A stretch of DNA of 63,926 bases, the filler included, from Intoshia linei (taxonomy: Eukaryota; Animalia; Orthonectida), in NCBI GenBank assembly GCA_001642005.1. It is 5 parts of 5 records of this genome, joined end to end, with 100 filler letters (N's around TTAATTAATTAA, not from the genome) between each part and the next. Parts side by side here need not be neighbours in the genome. Positions count along the whole stretch, not along the records: positions 30,458 to 52,332 come from LWCA01000616.1; 4 more parts are not named here. One strand, 5' to 3'. A program made the position numbers and the translations under genes. Each line of letters opens with the position of its first letter. Position 1 is the first letter of the stretch. The notes beneath the pieces are model-generated. The model was given only the letters and a program-made list of their open reading frames with translations. It did no database searches and was not told the origin of the DNA. Shown piece by piece: positions 37,886-49,689 of this stretch.

Positions 37886-40719
37886 AATCAGTCTCTGAAA
37901 CAGTGGATATTAAAAACAATTGATGCTGATATAACGTGGATATATCTGTTACCACATATTATACACTATTACCACTATTCACAGGGTGACATAAAAAATT
38001 CCATTTTCTATTTTTATGGGTAGCTCTGGTTTTAATACGTATTAATAAATGGAATAAGATAAATCAATTTTAAGATTTACATCAAACGTAAAATAACATG
38101 ACGGTAAGTCCACAAGTTATATTAAAAATATGCTTCGCGATGCGAATGCAAGTATACATGTCCTATACAAGTCACACAACACTACAATTATAAAAACACG
38201 TATCAAATTGAAACAAAATTCATTAAATTAATTAGTATATTATATAACATTCGAGTATATTAGTTATGGGTTTTCACCGATTGGCCTCCTGTGTCACTGA
38301 CAGTGGGCCAAAAAAATTTTTAAACGCAAAAATAAATCCATTGAAAAAATTTTTTATATTTTTTTTATTAAAGTTGTGATAACTGAATTTTATGAATACC
38401 ATATGATAAATTCATATATTGGCTACAATTTGATAAAATAATTAGGTATATTGACGATGCAGTTCTATAAATACACGCTTTTATTTGCCTTATACTCCCA
38501 ATGTGAACATATGGAATGTAAAATAACTCCATAACTACAATTGGTAATTACCAAAATTGAAAAAATTTGTCTGGGGATATTAGGATTAATTAAAATGGCA
38601 TTTTAATTGTAATGTAAACATTTCCATAATAAAATGCTATTGATTGCAAACATAACCTTATTGCTATTAAATGCAACGAGATGTAACTGTGGATAAGTAT
38701 CGATAAACATAATACCAATATTTATGTATTATTATTTAATTGTAATATTGTGAATTTAAATTGATTGACGACATAATAATCTAATCTGATACATATTCAT
38801 TCTAAATTCATTTTTGGTTCAGTGTACTTTTGATATACATTTAATTTATAAATTTTTGATTAAATTTTAATCGTGATTCGAACCAAAACTTTTCATTTTG
38901 TAATTACATATCACCACAACACTGTCCGATGCAGAACTCTGATAAGGTATAAATAAAATATTACGCTTTAATAGAATGAACCAGATTGGCACATTTTTTT
39001 GACCAAATTTTTATATAACAATCGTCGGATACTAAAATTACATATTATAGAATAAATAAACAGCAATTGAGTAATGTTAATATTATGTAATAATCTAGGG
39101 TGTCCAGATTTTATAATTACTAATTAAGTACTTTTCAAATTTCTTAGAAACAAAAAAAATCAATAAAATTGGAACTAAAAGTTCTAACAATTTTGAAATT
39201 TTCAAAAAAACCCAATTTCTAATGATTTTCCCCATAACGTGTTTTTATTCATTTTACAGTTTCAGAATTTGAGTTTTACAGTGTCCAAAACCTAATTTCC
39301 CCTTTTGTTTAAAAAAAATCAACCTAAAAATTTAATAAAACATACATTTTGGAAAATTTATTGTAAAAACAGCACATACAAAAACGGCACAACTTCAATA
39401 ATCATAATTACATAACAACGAAAATACAATTGTATTAATATGATTCACAAGTAGAACTTGACATTAAAAGACTATTGTAATAAATTCATTTTCGTAATTA
39501 ACATTTTAAAATTTGGGCTTGTAATAATTAAAACTAATTTCACTGCGTTAATAACAGGAATACTGCAAAATAGTAACTAATAATTAACACTTTTTAACAG
39601 CATAACTCTATTTTTCACTACGAAACATCATATATTGTATATTTTTAATTAGAATTATAATTGAATATAATAAAAAAATATTCTCTAGTGTGAACACAAT
39701 AGAATATTTTTAATTTTTTTGTAATATGGTTTGTAGGTAAAAAATTAATCTTAATACTTCAGTTTTAACTTAAATCTGTAGTGGATGAATTCTATAAAAT
39801 CTATTAATAATAATAAAAATGAATCTAATATAGGTCAAATTTTAATTGAAATTGCGTTATATCAGTGTAGTTTCGGTATTCATTATATTCATTATTCATT
39901 GCTATGTAATTATAATTATTTAAATTGTGCCGTTTTTGTAGATTACCTTCTGGAACGCGTTTTAAAAGCAATGAAATCGTATTTTTTAGTACAAAAATTG
40001 TATCGTTAAATTGAATACATATTAAATTTAGATTGGTAATAGTGCGTATTTAGTACGTTTTTCGGTGTTGCAAAAAAAAAGTACTTTTGGTCGCTTTTAT
40101 CTAAGTCGAACTGCTTCATTAAACTATAAAAATTACATGAATAAATGCAGCCATTGTTCCCAACTTTTCCATACCAACAGGTATATTCGTGAGCCTTTTC
40201 ATTAAATGATATCTGTTTTAAATTTTCATCAAATATACTCAAAGCTCCTGAATCATATGTTATACATCCAAATTTTCTATAATAATTTAATTTAATTACG
40301 ATTCTATTAACTAGGGCAAGTAAAAATTAATTTTTATATACGGCACACAATGTTTGGATCATTATAACAATACATGTACCATTGCAATAAATGAGTATTT
40401 CTATTAAGATGTTGCACCCCCATATAACTGTAGAGGTAATTGGAAAAGATGTAATATCATTCCTGACATTGAATGAGTCGTCAATTTTTGATAGAAGGAC
40501 GACTGAGAAATACTGAAACAATAGCTAAAACTTTTATATTTCTCAAGTACAAAAATTCCGATAAATTTAAACTTAAAATTATACTATCATAATTATATTC
40601 TAATTAATAATAAAGCTTTTTCGGTTCTAATCATATCTTTAGATACGCAAAACATTTTATTTTTACTCTAAATACAATTTATACACAACAATAATAAAAA
40701 TTAGAAAATCATTTTCTTT

Positions 40720-41463
40720 ACAAAAAAAAATTTTGGATATCAAAATACACCAACAAAAATTTGTCTGTGAAAAGTAGTCTTGCATCGTCAACTGTTTTAG
40801 ATATTAAAAAAAACTCAGAAATAATAATACATAATAAAAGAACAAACAAAAATTTTAAACAAAGAAAATGATTAACGAAGATTGTGGTGGATTAAAAAAG
40901 TTCAAAGCCAGTGATGGATAACTAAAGTCATTCAAACGCAGGTGATACATCCTATAAAACGTTGTCTGGTACAAAAGCATCATTTAGTCAAAATAATATT
41001 GATGATTTCTTTCACATTTTAAAAAATAAATTAATTGAGTATGAAATAAAGGACATTTTTAATGCCGATGAAACTGCACTATATTATAAAAAATTGCCTA
41101 CAAAAATCTTTAGTACATTTAGTTACATCTTTAGTGCACAGGAATCTACTAAAAAGATTAAAGACAATAAAGATAGAATAACAATTTTACTCAACTGTAG
41201 TGCTGATGGTAAACAAATCAAACCGTTATTCATTGAAAAAAGTGCCAAACCAAGGTATTTCAAAGGATTAAATATGAATGAACAACCTTTCTATTGTAAA
41301 AGTAATTCAAGTAATGACAAGTCGAATATTTCACGATTATATGAATAATTTAAATTATTTATTTTACAAAACTAATGGAAAGGTTCTTATTTTGATAGAC
41401 AATTGTCAATTCTATATAAAAAACAAGATAATCATTTCCTTTGAGTTCAATTTATATTTATAA
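40720..41463 (+). mobile_element. Tigger/pogo (DDE_1) transposase remnant
   Basis: FKASDG*LKSFKRR, DIFNADETALYYKKLP, KDRITILLNCSADG, KPLFIEKSAKPRYFK, KVLILIDNC. Confidence 0.9.
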
Positions 41464-41975
41464 ATAAAAAATTTTAACTTTCATTTTTTCGAGAAACCTC
41501 CAATGTTAATTGCGTTATCAACATTTATTAACAACCAAAAAAACAAAATTCCTTTACGATTTGAACAATTAACTATAAAAAAATGATTTTATTTTTTGAA
41601 AATATGAAGTTAGTTAAGAAACAACGACTTTATGTTACTGAAAATGTATATAATTTTCATAGACCTCAAAAAAGTGCTTTGGACCCAAAAGGTCTACATG
41701 GACCCCGTTGGGAATGCCTGGTTTAAATCGAAAACCACTGTATATGGAAAATGTTTTATGTTTATAAGGATAGATAGTTAGATATTTCACCATTTTTAAA
41801 ATAGTTATACTAATCGGTACATTTTGCTTGCCCTAATTAAATTTTAATAGATTACAAATTTTGATTGTAATCAATCGACAAAGATACATATCTATTGCTT
41901 TGATTTTCGAATGGCGGATCAAGCTAATTAAATATATAATATAATTAAATTTACGTTTATATACTTAAATACTTT

Positions 41976-44340
41976 AGATCCCTGTCACAATTGTTTAGTA
42001 GAATTTGCTAGAGGGCAGTTATTAGGAGAAAGTTATATGTCAATTTTTAAACATCAGTTATTTCATGAACATTCAGAAAACGGTATATGTCTCCAACAAT
42101 AGGGATAGTGTTAGTGGGCATAGTGAAATGGTTACTTAATGAGGAAACACATTGTTGTTTGAAGCATACATTAATAAAGTATTTTGGAAGTACAATAATA
42201 GGATCTAGTTTGAAATCGATGTTTGCAAATAAATTTTCATGTGTACCAGAAGGACAGATAAATACTTATGCACTTAATGGCATATATGAAGTTTTGTCCA
42301 CGCTTAATCCACTTGCAAATATGGACAAGAGTAGATATATGGAGGCTGCCAATTTTTCAAAAAGTTTTTCTTCTAATTGTACTGCAGTTCAAAAGTTAGA
42401 AATTACTTTACTAAGTTTACTAAATTGTTTAGTTACTGCTTATAAGTCATCTATGGAAATTTTGCCTTCAGAAGTATCTTCGTGGGTTAAAACAGTAGAT
42501 GACCTTCAAGTCCTCTATAAAGCTAATAAAGAATTCATGTTTAGTCGCCAATGAACAAGTTTAGCCTGTATCGATCAAAAATTTTTAACTTATATACAAC
42601 ATAAGGACTAAAATATCAGACCAAATTTTCACTTATAGATATTAAGAGTAAAAATTATCAAATCATTACCTCTAGAATGGCCAAACTTAAACAAATCATT
42701 ACACAATCATGTTCTTCTTACATGGGCAATGACAAAAAACAGAAGCCCTTACTTATTTACTTACATGAATTTCCTGGTATAAGTAAAACCATATGTGTAG
42801 ATCATCTTTTTACTGATCTCTTTGCTTTGTTAAAAAGAGATGTCTATAATCCGGAAACTGATAAATATTGTTATAATAGTTTAAGCCCTTTCTTTGACAC
42901 ATACAATCATCAACCAGTTTTTGAAATTTCAGACTTTATGCAGATGCGTAATAAAAATGTCCAAATGTGTGAAATAGTTAATGCACTAAAAGCCGGAGAT
43001 AAAAGTAGCTTTCCTTTGAATATTGCCAAATGTCAAGCCAAGGGTACTGTTTACTTCACATCAGACTTTTAGTTATAACGAGTAATTTGGATCCTCTTGC
43101 ACACAAAGCCACATTGGGTTCAGTTATGGATAAACCTGAAGCATTCAATAGAAGAATTGATGTTAAAGCTTATGTTACATGTGATTTTTCCATGGCATCA
43201 AAAAATTCCACTATTTATAATAAAGACAGCATGGTTATTCAATGTTAAATTAAGGGATGTTAAAAAAGTTTATGGATGGAACGATTTTGTGGCACTATTA
43301 TATCAAAAATATATAGCACAAAGAATAATATCCTCAAATATGACTGATTGTTCAGGTCATTATCATAAAGAACGTATACCACACATTGAATCTTTACTAA
43401 ATAAGGATTTTGGGGGTAGAGATACCGAACTACCAACTAAGGTGTCTCTTTTTGCAAACCTTTGACAATTTAATTCTTCACTGTGATAATGATTTTTGAC
43501 GTGATTGTAATAGAGTTGCTGAGACTCATCCAGAATTTGCAGACCACTGATACAATATTAGAAGACATACTTTCAAAAGTGAACAAGGAGCTGTGCACAA
43601 ATGTAATAAAACATGCAAATTTAAGATTGCTGTAGGACAATATTTAGAAACTAATTCACATCTAGAAATCCATCAATTGGATCTTTCTCTTGATGACTAT
43701 CCCATTGCGAAGTTGAAATTAAGTGAAAATATAAATAAATATCAAATCCAGTTTGATAAATTTGCGACCGATAATAAGATTTTTATAGAAGCGCAATTTT
43801 TAAATACTACGCAAACATTTGGCAAAAAAGACAATCCCCGATATATCATTGCTTGTAAGAATTGGGTGCTCGCAGTAAATGTATTAAGAGCCCAGAACTA
43901 AACAGTGAACGCAATTATGTTTTTACTGAGTCTGATACGATTGTAAAACCCTATGAAAAAACATTGAAAGAGTTTGTTAAAATGAGGGCTGAGAGTGTGA
44001 ATGCAAACAATGAAATTCATATTGGTAATCCCGTTGACGAAATGTTATCTGAGATAGATAATGAAAGAAAAACGCTTAGATCAAATTGGCCATGAAGGCG
44101 TTTTCGGCAATTGAACAATTCGGCGATTTGTGTGATTGGAGTGAATACCAAAAATCAAAATCACTGTGGTATGTTTTAAAGCGTAAAGCTTTAGAAAAAA
44201 TCAAAGCCGTTATGGGTGTGCCTAAACATGACGAGAAGTCATATTTGGCAATGAAGCTAATTGCTATGGGTGAATCACAACCAGGCGATCGTGAGAAACA
44301 AAATTTTGTGCTAGTGAATAGATGCGAATCAGAGATGGTA
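41976..44340 (+). pseudogene. Endogenous picorna-like viral element: 2B-like region, 2C/SF3 RNA helicase and downstream unassigned ORFs; stops and frameshifts present
   Basis: KPLLIYLHEFPGISKT (decayed Walker A), FFDTYNHQPVFEISDF (motif B), FPLNIAKCQAKGTVYFTSDF/LVITSN (motif C) and PEAFNRRID (Arg finger). Intronless, ORF-dense and less AT-rich than its flanks. Helicase core ~42740-43165; sequence after ~43500 is assigned only by continuity. Confidence 0.88.
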
Positions 44341-44399
44341 ATATTTTTTTATACTTGATAACTCAGGATAATCAAAAATATGATTTTTATTTTTTAGAT

Positions 44400-44650
44400 A
44401 TTTCAAAAAAATATATTTTGTTAAGGAAATTACTGAGAGAAATTTTGTTTCTTACTTGAAAACACCTGGGTCAAGAAGTTTCAACAAGTATTAAACATGA
44501 ATCAAATTTGGTATTATAAACTGCAAAAAGATGCAATATATGTCCAAGAAACACTGAAAAAAAATCAATGGTATATTGTAGTATATGCAAATTCATTGCA
44601 TGTAAAATACACAGAAAAGTTATGTGTTAGATGTGCGCATAAGTTTAGTC
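44400..44650 (+). mobile_element. piggyBac C-terminal cysteine-rich domain remnant
   Basis: KRCNICPRNTEKKSMVYCSICKFIACKIHRKVMC..C. Confidence 0.65.
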
Positions 44651-44696
44651 AGTGATTGTAAATAAATTATTTATGGATACTATTTAATGCTCCGAC

Positions 44697-47110
44697 TAAT
44701 TTAATAGTTTCAGCGTCTAATTAATCCCGCTTCTATAATTATAATTAGCATAATTATTAATTGTAATTAATTATATAAAATTAAAATTCTAAATTGATTG
44801 AAGTAAATTTTATTTTAAATAAACGTAACATTATTTAATATAAAACATAGCGTTTACTGAATTTATTGTATTAACGTCTTTTAATTTTTAATAAAACTTT
44901 AAAATTTCTATAAAACAGTAATTACTTTTTTTATAATCATAATAATTTTAAATAGATGTTTTCTACTATGAAAGATTACGTATCATCCAAATCGGAAAAT
45001 AATATTAATGATGACAGGCAAATCAGGGAAAGAGCAAGAATATATTCAATGAATACTGTGTTCAATTCTGCCGTGTAAGCGAAACAGTACATAGAAGTTG
45101 ATACTTGATCTATTAATACAACTGGAAAAACATTATGTGGTAAAAATGTGTTCTATCGTTGCAAAAAAACGATCAATACTAATAAAAATTCGTGTAAAGC
45201 TAGTTTATACTTGTTATATCATAATAATAATCAACAAGTATCGTTTTGAGCATTCTTAGAATGCAAAAATACGGTCCATGCTCTATTAGCATAGGCGATT
45301 TATATTATTTCTGTTTAAATAACTCAAGTATTCCGACTATTACTGATAATGCATATGTTGTTAAACATTCTATATGTAATGACAGCTTCAGTATATTTGT
45401 CTCTTCCCCTACTCTATTGAATTTATCCGGTAATATTAAATGCATCCACTCTGATGCCACATATAAACTAATATGGCAGGGATACCCTGTCTTGATCGTG
45501 GGTACAACAGATATAGACAGAAAATTCCATCCTTCAGGAGTTGGTGTTTGTACAAATGAAAAATCTAATGATTTCAAATTTTTATTTAATGGGTTAAAAA
45601 AAGGTGTTGAATAATGTAGTAATGTTAGTACATTTAATCCTCGAATACTAATAGCTGACAACAGTGCCGCCATAACATCAGGATTTTCTAACGTTTTTAA
45701 CATGAAAAAACGTATAAATTGTTGGTTTCATATAATCAAGTCTGTAGAAAAGCATGTCAGTTTCCTTTCTCTTAATTCTCGTACAAAAAACGAAATAAAG
45801 TCTGATATATGTCATATTCCACTGCAATTTTTCACAAGTATTCACGAGTTTTTGTTTAAAATGGTCACATTGCACCGAATTTATTCGTTATTTTGAACAC
45901 CAATGGAAGTCTCCACCAAATATGAATTGGTATGAAAGATTTGTTGATTTTTTACCTTCAACTAACAATGGTCTTGAGTCTTACAATCGATTGATTAAGG
46001 ATGAAAATACACTTAGAAATAGGTTACCACTGGGTCAATTTCTAAAAATTTTATTTGAAAGTATTATATTTCTAATAATTCTCGAAATTCTACAAATCCA
46101 AATGCCAAATTGTATGTGACAAAACAGACATTAACCACTAAAAATTAGACAGATGCGTATCAATGGATTCAAAAACGAAAGACTATTATTATGTCACATG
46201 ATCAGTATTATGTACCAACTGGAAATGATGTTGACTTGACCGAGGACCAAGTGAGTCAATATATGGATTCAATAAATCAAAACAGATTTAAAAATTTTTT
46301 CAATATGAGAAAATGTTTAAATTCTGTTTAGAAAGTATCGCTAAATCGTAATAATTGGAAGTTTTTGAAGTGTACGTGTCCCTTTTGGAGTAAACCTTAC
46401 ATGTGTAAACATTCCATCGGTATAGCAATACGATTAAAAATCGATGGGTGTATTGTACCTCGAGAGGCGAAAGCTCTGTCATTGAATATTAAAAAAAAGA
46501 GAGGACGACCAGCTCAGACTAATCAAGCTTTGATGAGGCAGTGATAAATTCAAATATAAATGTTTTTAATTAATAATAATAAATTTTAAATTTATTTACA
46601 GTGAACGACAGCTAGTATGCTAAAAAAATAAAATCTTTAATACTTAATATACATTTTATTTAAAAAAAAAACTATTTGAGTTAAAAAAGACAGCACAAAT
46701 ATTGTTCACTCTGAAATCGTTGTTATTTAGGCTGGGTTTTTAAATTTCATAAATCTAATATTACAAGTACGTGAGTTACAATAATAATAATTTCATTGAA
46801 CGTTTTTCGAAAATTAATTCATAACAAATAAAATAAAGTAAATTTATTAATAAAGTAAGCAATTTGATAGCCTAGAACAACTTGTGCTGTTTATATATAC
46901 ACCATATCAATAGATATAAAAGGGTAGAAAGTTTGAATTCAATTGAGAAAGGTTATATTTTTCCCCTAGCACAATAGCTGTCGAACACTATTAATATCAA
47001 TAAATTAAAAGTTAGTTTTATAAAAACCAATGTTATGTTTAAATAAAATAAATGCTACTTCTATTAATTTAGACGCTGAAATAACTATAGACGCTGTAAC
47101 TATTAAATTA
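44697..47110 (+). mobile_element. Decayed MULE/Mutator transposon with SWIM finger and TIRs
   Basis: HSDATYKLIWQGYPVLIVGTTD, LIADNSAAI, CWFHI, STNNGLESYNRLIK, CTCPFWSKPYMCKHSIGIA and KRGRP. TAATTTAATAGTTTCAGCGTCTA (44697) is the near reverse complement of TAGACGCTGTAACTATTAAATTA (ends 47110). Confidence 0.9.
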
Positions 47111-47441
47111 TATGTTGCAATAATAATAACTCATTATTTATTACCAATAAATTTTGACCCTTATAGTCACTCATTATTATCATTTTACATCGTGTCATTT
47201 TTTGTAATTATATATGGAATGTATGACAATATCATATTTCCATGCATTTTATAGATTGGGGTAGTTTTCTACCCCACGCGAGTAGCTACGTTATAAAGTT
47301 AAAATAACGCGATCCATTACGCGTTAAAATATTATTTTATTTGAATTATTTCAAATGATTTATTATTATGATGATATATCCGTTGATTATTTATTATATG
47401 ACAGTTCTGAAGATGAATTACAAAATACCTTTTTTGTCTAT

Positions 47442-48388
47442 ACCGTCTTAAAACACGGACAAAAGAGTTCAAGTTATACGCGAGTTATTCAAATAAAAAC
47501 GCGAATGGCAGAATTAATGTAATTTAGTGTGAGCTCTCAATGGCGAAACACTGGCCCGTCTTATAGTATATGCTATTGAAACAAAAACTTAATTGGTGTC
47601 GTAAGGCTATAGCTTCAGACCTGAAAGATAGTAAACTATGCCCGAGTAGACTAAAACCAGCGGAAACACTGGTGGAAACTCGAAGTGATTCTGAAGTGCC
47701 AATCGATCACAAAACTTGGTATAGGAGTTAAAAAATTAATCGAACCATCTAGTAGCTGGTTTTCTCCGAAGTTTCCCTCAGGATAGCTGGCGCCATAAGT
47801 AGTTGTGTCCGTTAAAGTAAATAATTAAGGGAATTGGTGGTGAAATGCCGTCAACCTATTCTCAAACTTTAAATGGACACGATACGCGACTCCACTTAAT
47901 TGGAGTCGCGGTTAGAATGCAGGTGCCCAGTGACCCATTTTTGGTAAGCAGAACAGGCGCTTTGAGATGAACCCAACGTACGGTTAAGGCGCTCGACATA
48001 ACGGTCATGACATACCATAAAAGGCGTTGATCAATATTGAAAGCAAAGCGGTGGCCACGGAAGTCGGAATCCGCTAAGGAGTGTGTTATAACTCACTTGC
48101 CGAATCGACTAGCCCTGAAAATGGATGGCGCTAGAGCGCTAGGCTTATACCTCACCGTTACTGTATATTGTACGCATTAATAAGTAGAAGGACGTTCTGG
48201 TAGTATCGAAGCTACTTGATTTGAACTTTGAAGGCTGACGTGGAGAAGGGTTCAATGTGAACATTAATTGGACATGGATTAGTCGGTCCTAAGCGATCGA
48301 AGAAATCCGTTCAGAATGTATTTATTTGATTGACAAGTTTTTGATTTTGTAAGGAATTTGATACTGTGATGGAAAGGGAATCAAGTTA
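47442..48388 (+). pseudogene. 28S (LSU) rRNA pseudo-fragment, about D3 to D7a; may extend upstream to ~47255
   Basis: ACCGTCTTAAAACACGGAC, TAATCGAACCATCTAGTAGCTGGTT..CCGAAGTTTCCCTCAGGATAGC, TTTTGGTAAGCAGAAC, GAAGTCGGAATCCGCTAAGGAGTGTGT, CCCTGAAAATGGATGGCGCT, GTGGAGAAGGGTTC and GAAAGGGAATC. There are substitutions at conserved sites, the GCAGATCTTGGTGGTAGTAGC block is missing, and no other rDNA is nearby. Confidence 0.93.
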
Positions 48389-48389
48389 A

Positions 48390-49193
48390 AAACGAACTTT
48401 CAACCGAATCCTTGCTCAGCAAGATATGATAAACCAAAATTTAGACGAACATCTTGCCACAACATTAGTTATTAAAGCAGCAATACCAGGTCTTACTAAA
48501 ATAACTTGAGCTCTTATTTTAGAGGTTAAGATTAGAGATTTTGCAAACCTTAAAGGGATACAGAAATTCTTCACTCAGAATATTGCCATTGCGTTCTCAT
48601 ACTCAAAATCCCTTTCACTTCTATTGACCAACAATATGAAGGCTATGATCGAATTTTTTCAAAGATTTAATTACACAAATCTTTACTCAAACATTACTCT
48701 ATTTGACCCGCTTATTATTTACATGCTTGCATTACCCTGGGGTAAGTCTTTCTTCAAACCACTTGGTCAGCTTTGAGCTTTTCGAGTATATTAGATTAGA
48801 GAAATATTTCGCAAAAGTCCCACAGCTGTTAAAAAAGGGATTTTCGCACTTCTCCAACCATCACGGTTGATCCAGGGTAAATCATTGACTCTGAATTGAA
48901 TTGAATCACTGACTCTCCTTAAAGAAATTAAGGATGACACCAATGTAACAACCATCACGACAACGGGATTGATACAAAATAAGCAAGATCTTTTGGATTT
49001 TTTAAAAAAATTAAAAATTAATGTATTCGAAAATGATCTGCCCACATTTGTTGATATTAATATAAACACTGATATAATTGATGAGATGGATGTAGATTAA
49101 GAGAAGTCGTTAATATCAGAATCCACAAATTCTATAAACGATCTCATTGATAAACTAATGAATATTAGTGTAGTGCCTATCTCGGATATATAA
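48390..49193 (+). pseudogene. Orphan decayed intronless coding sequence directly fused to the 28S fragment
   Basis: One frame of ~268 codons with only 5 internal stops (48507 TGA, 48774 TGA, 48792 TAG, 48897 TGA, 49098 TAA): KRTFNRILAQQDMINQNLDEHLATTLVIKAAIPGLTKIT*...YMLALPWGKSFFKPLGQL*...DIIDEMDVD*... Confidence 0.65.
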
Positions 49194-49380
49194 AAGTTAT
49201 TGGATATAAGAAAAAATTAATATGATAATTGTGATTGATCATTTAGTAACTAGCAACGACTAAATTGTTTGATTCTATATTAACAAAAAAAATTTAGATT
49301 TCCAAAAATCATATTCTCGGTTATGGTATTTATGTAAAGAAAGTAAGGTTTAGGTGTTTGAAAATAGTTATAATAATGGT

Positions 49381-49540
49381 AAAAAGTATTGTTAGTGTAA
49401 ATGCGGTAAATTGGAATATGATTTCATGATAGAGTGTGACACATGTAAAGATTGGTTCCATGGTAGGTGTGTTAAATTAAAAAAAACAGAGGCGGATAAA
49501 ATGCAAAATTTTGTTTGTAAAAATTGTAAAAAATTGGAGA
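49381..49540 (+). pseudogene. PHD finger remnant, probably TE-associated
   Basis: [32 protein letters not shown]......NFVCKNC (C4HC3), with an in-frame stop. Confidence 0.7.
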
Positions 49541-49689
49541 TGAAAATGTATAAAAAACGGCCTAATAAATTTAAAGATTTTGTTGTTGAAAACCAAATAT
49601 TGATGAAGATTAAAAGTTATGATCATAATGAAAAAGTTGTGGTGGAGAAAACCAATCTTAAAATAATGGTGGAAAAATAAGCAATATTT

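Noticed and set aside
47442-48388. Functional rRNA gene or R1/R2/Pokey insertion site
   Set aside because: Isolated, mutated and internally deleted fragment. It ends well before the TTAAGG/TAGC R2 target region, and no RT or endonuclease motifs follow.
48390-49193. TGA=Trp mitochondrial-code gene (NUMT or mitovirus)
   Set aside because: TAG and TAA also interrupt the frame, TGG is used, and no mitochondrial or RdRp motif was recognised. Retained only as an orphan pseudo-ORF.
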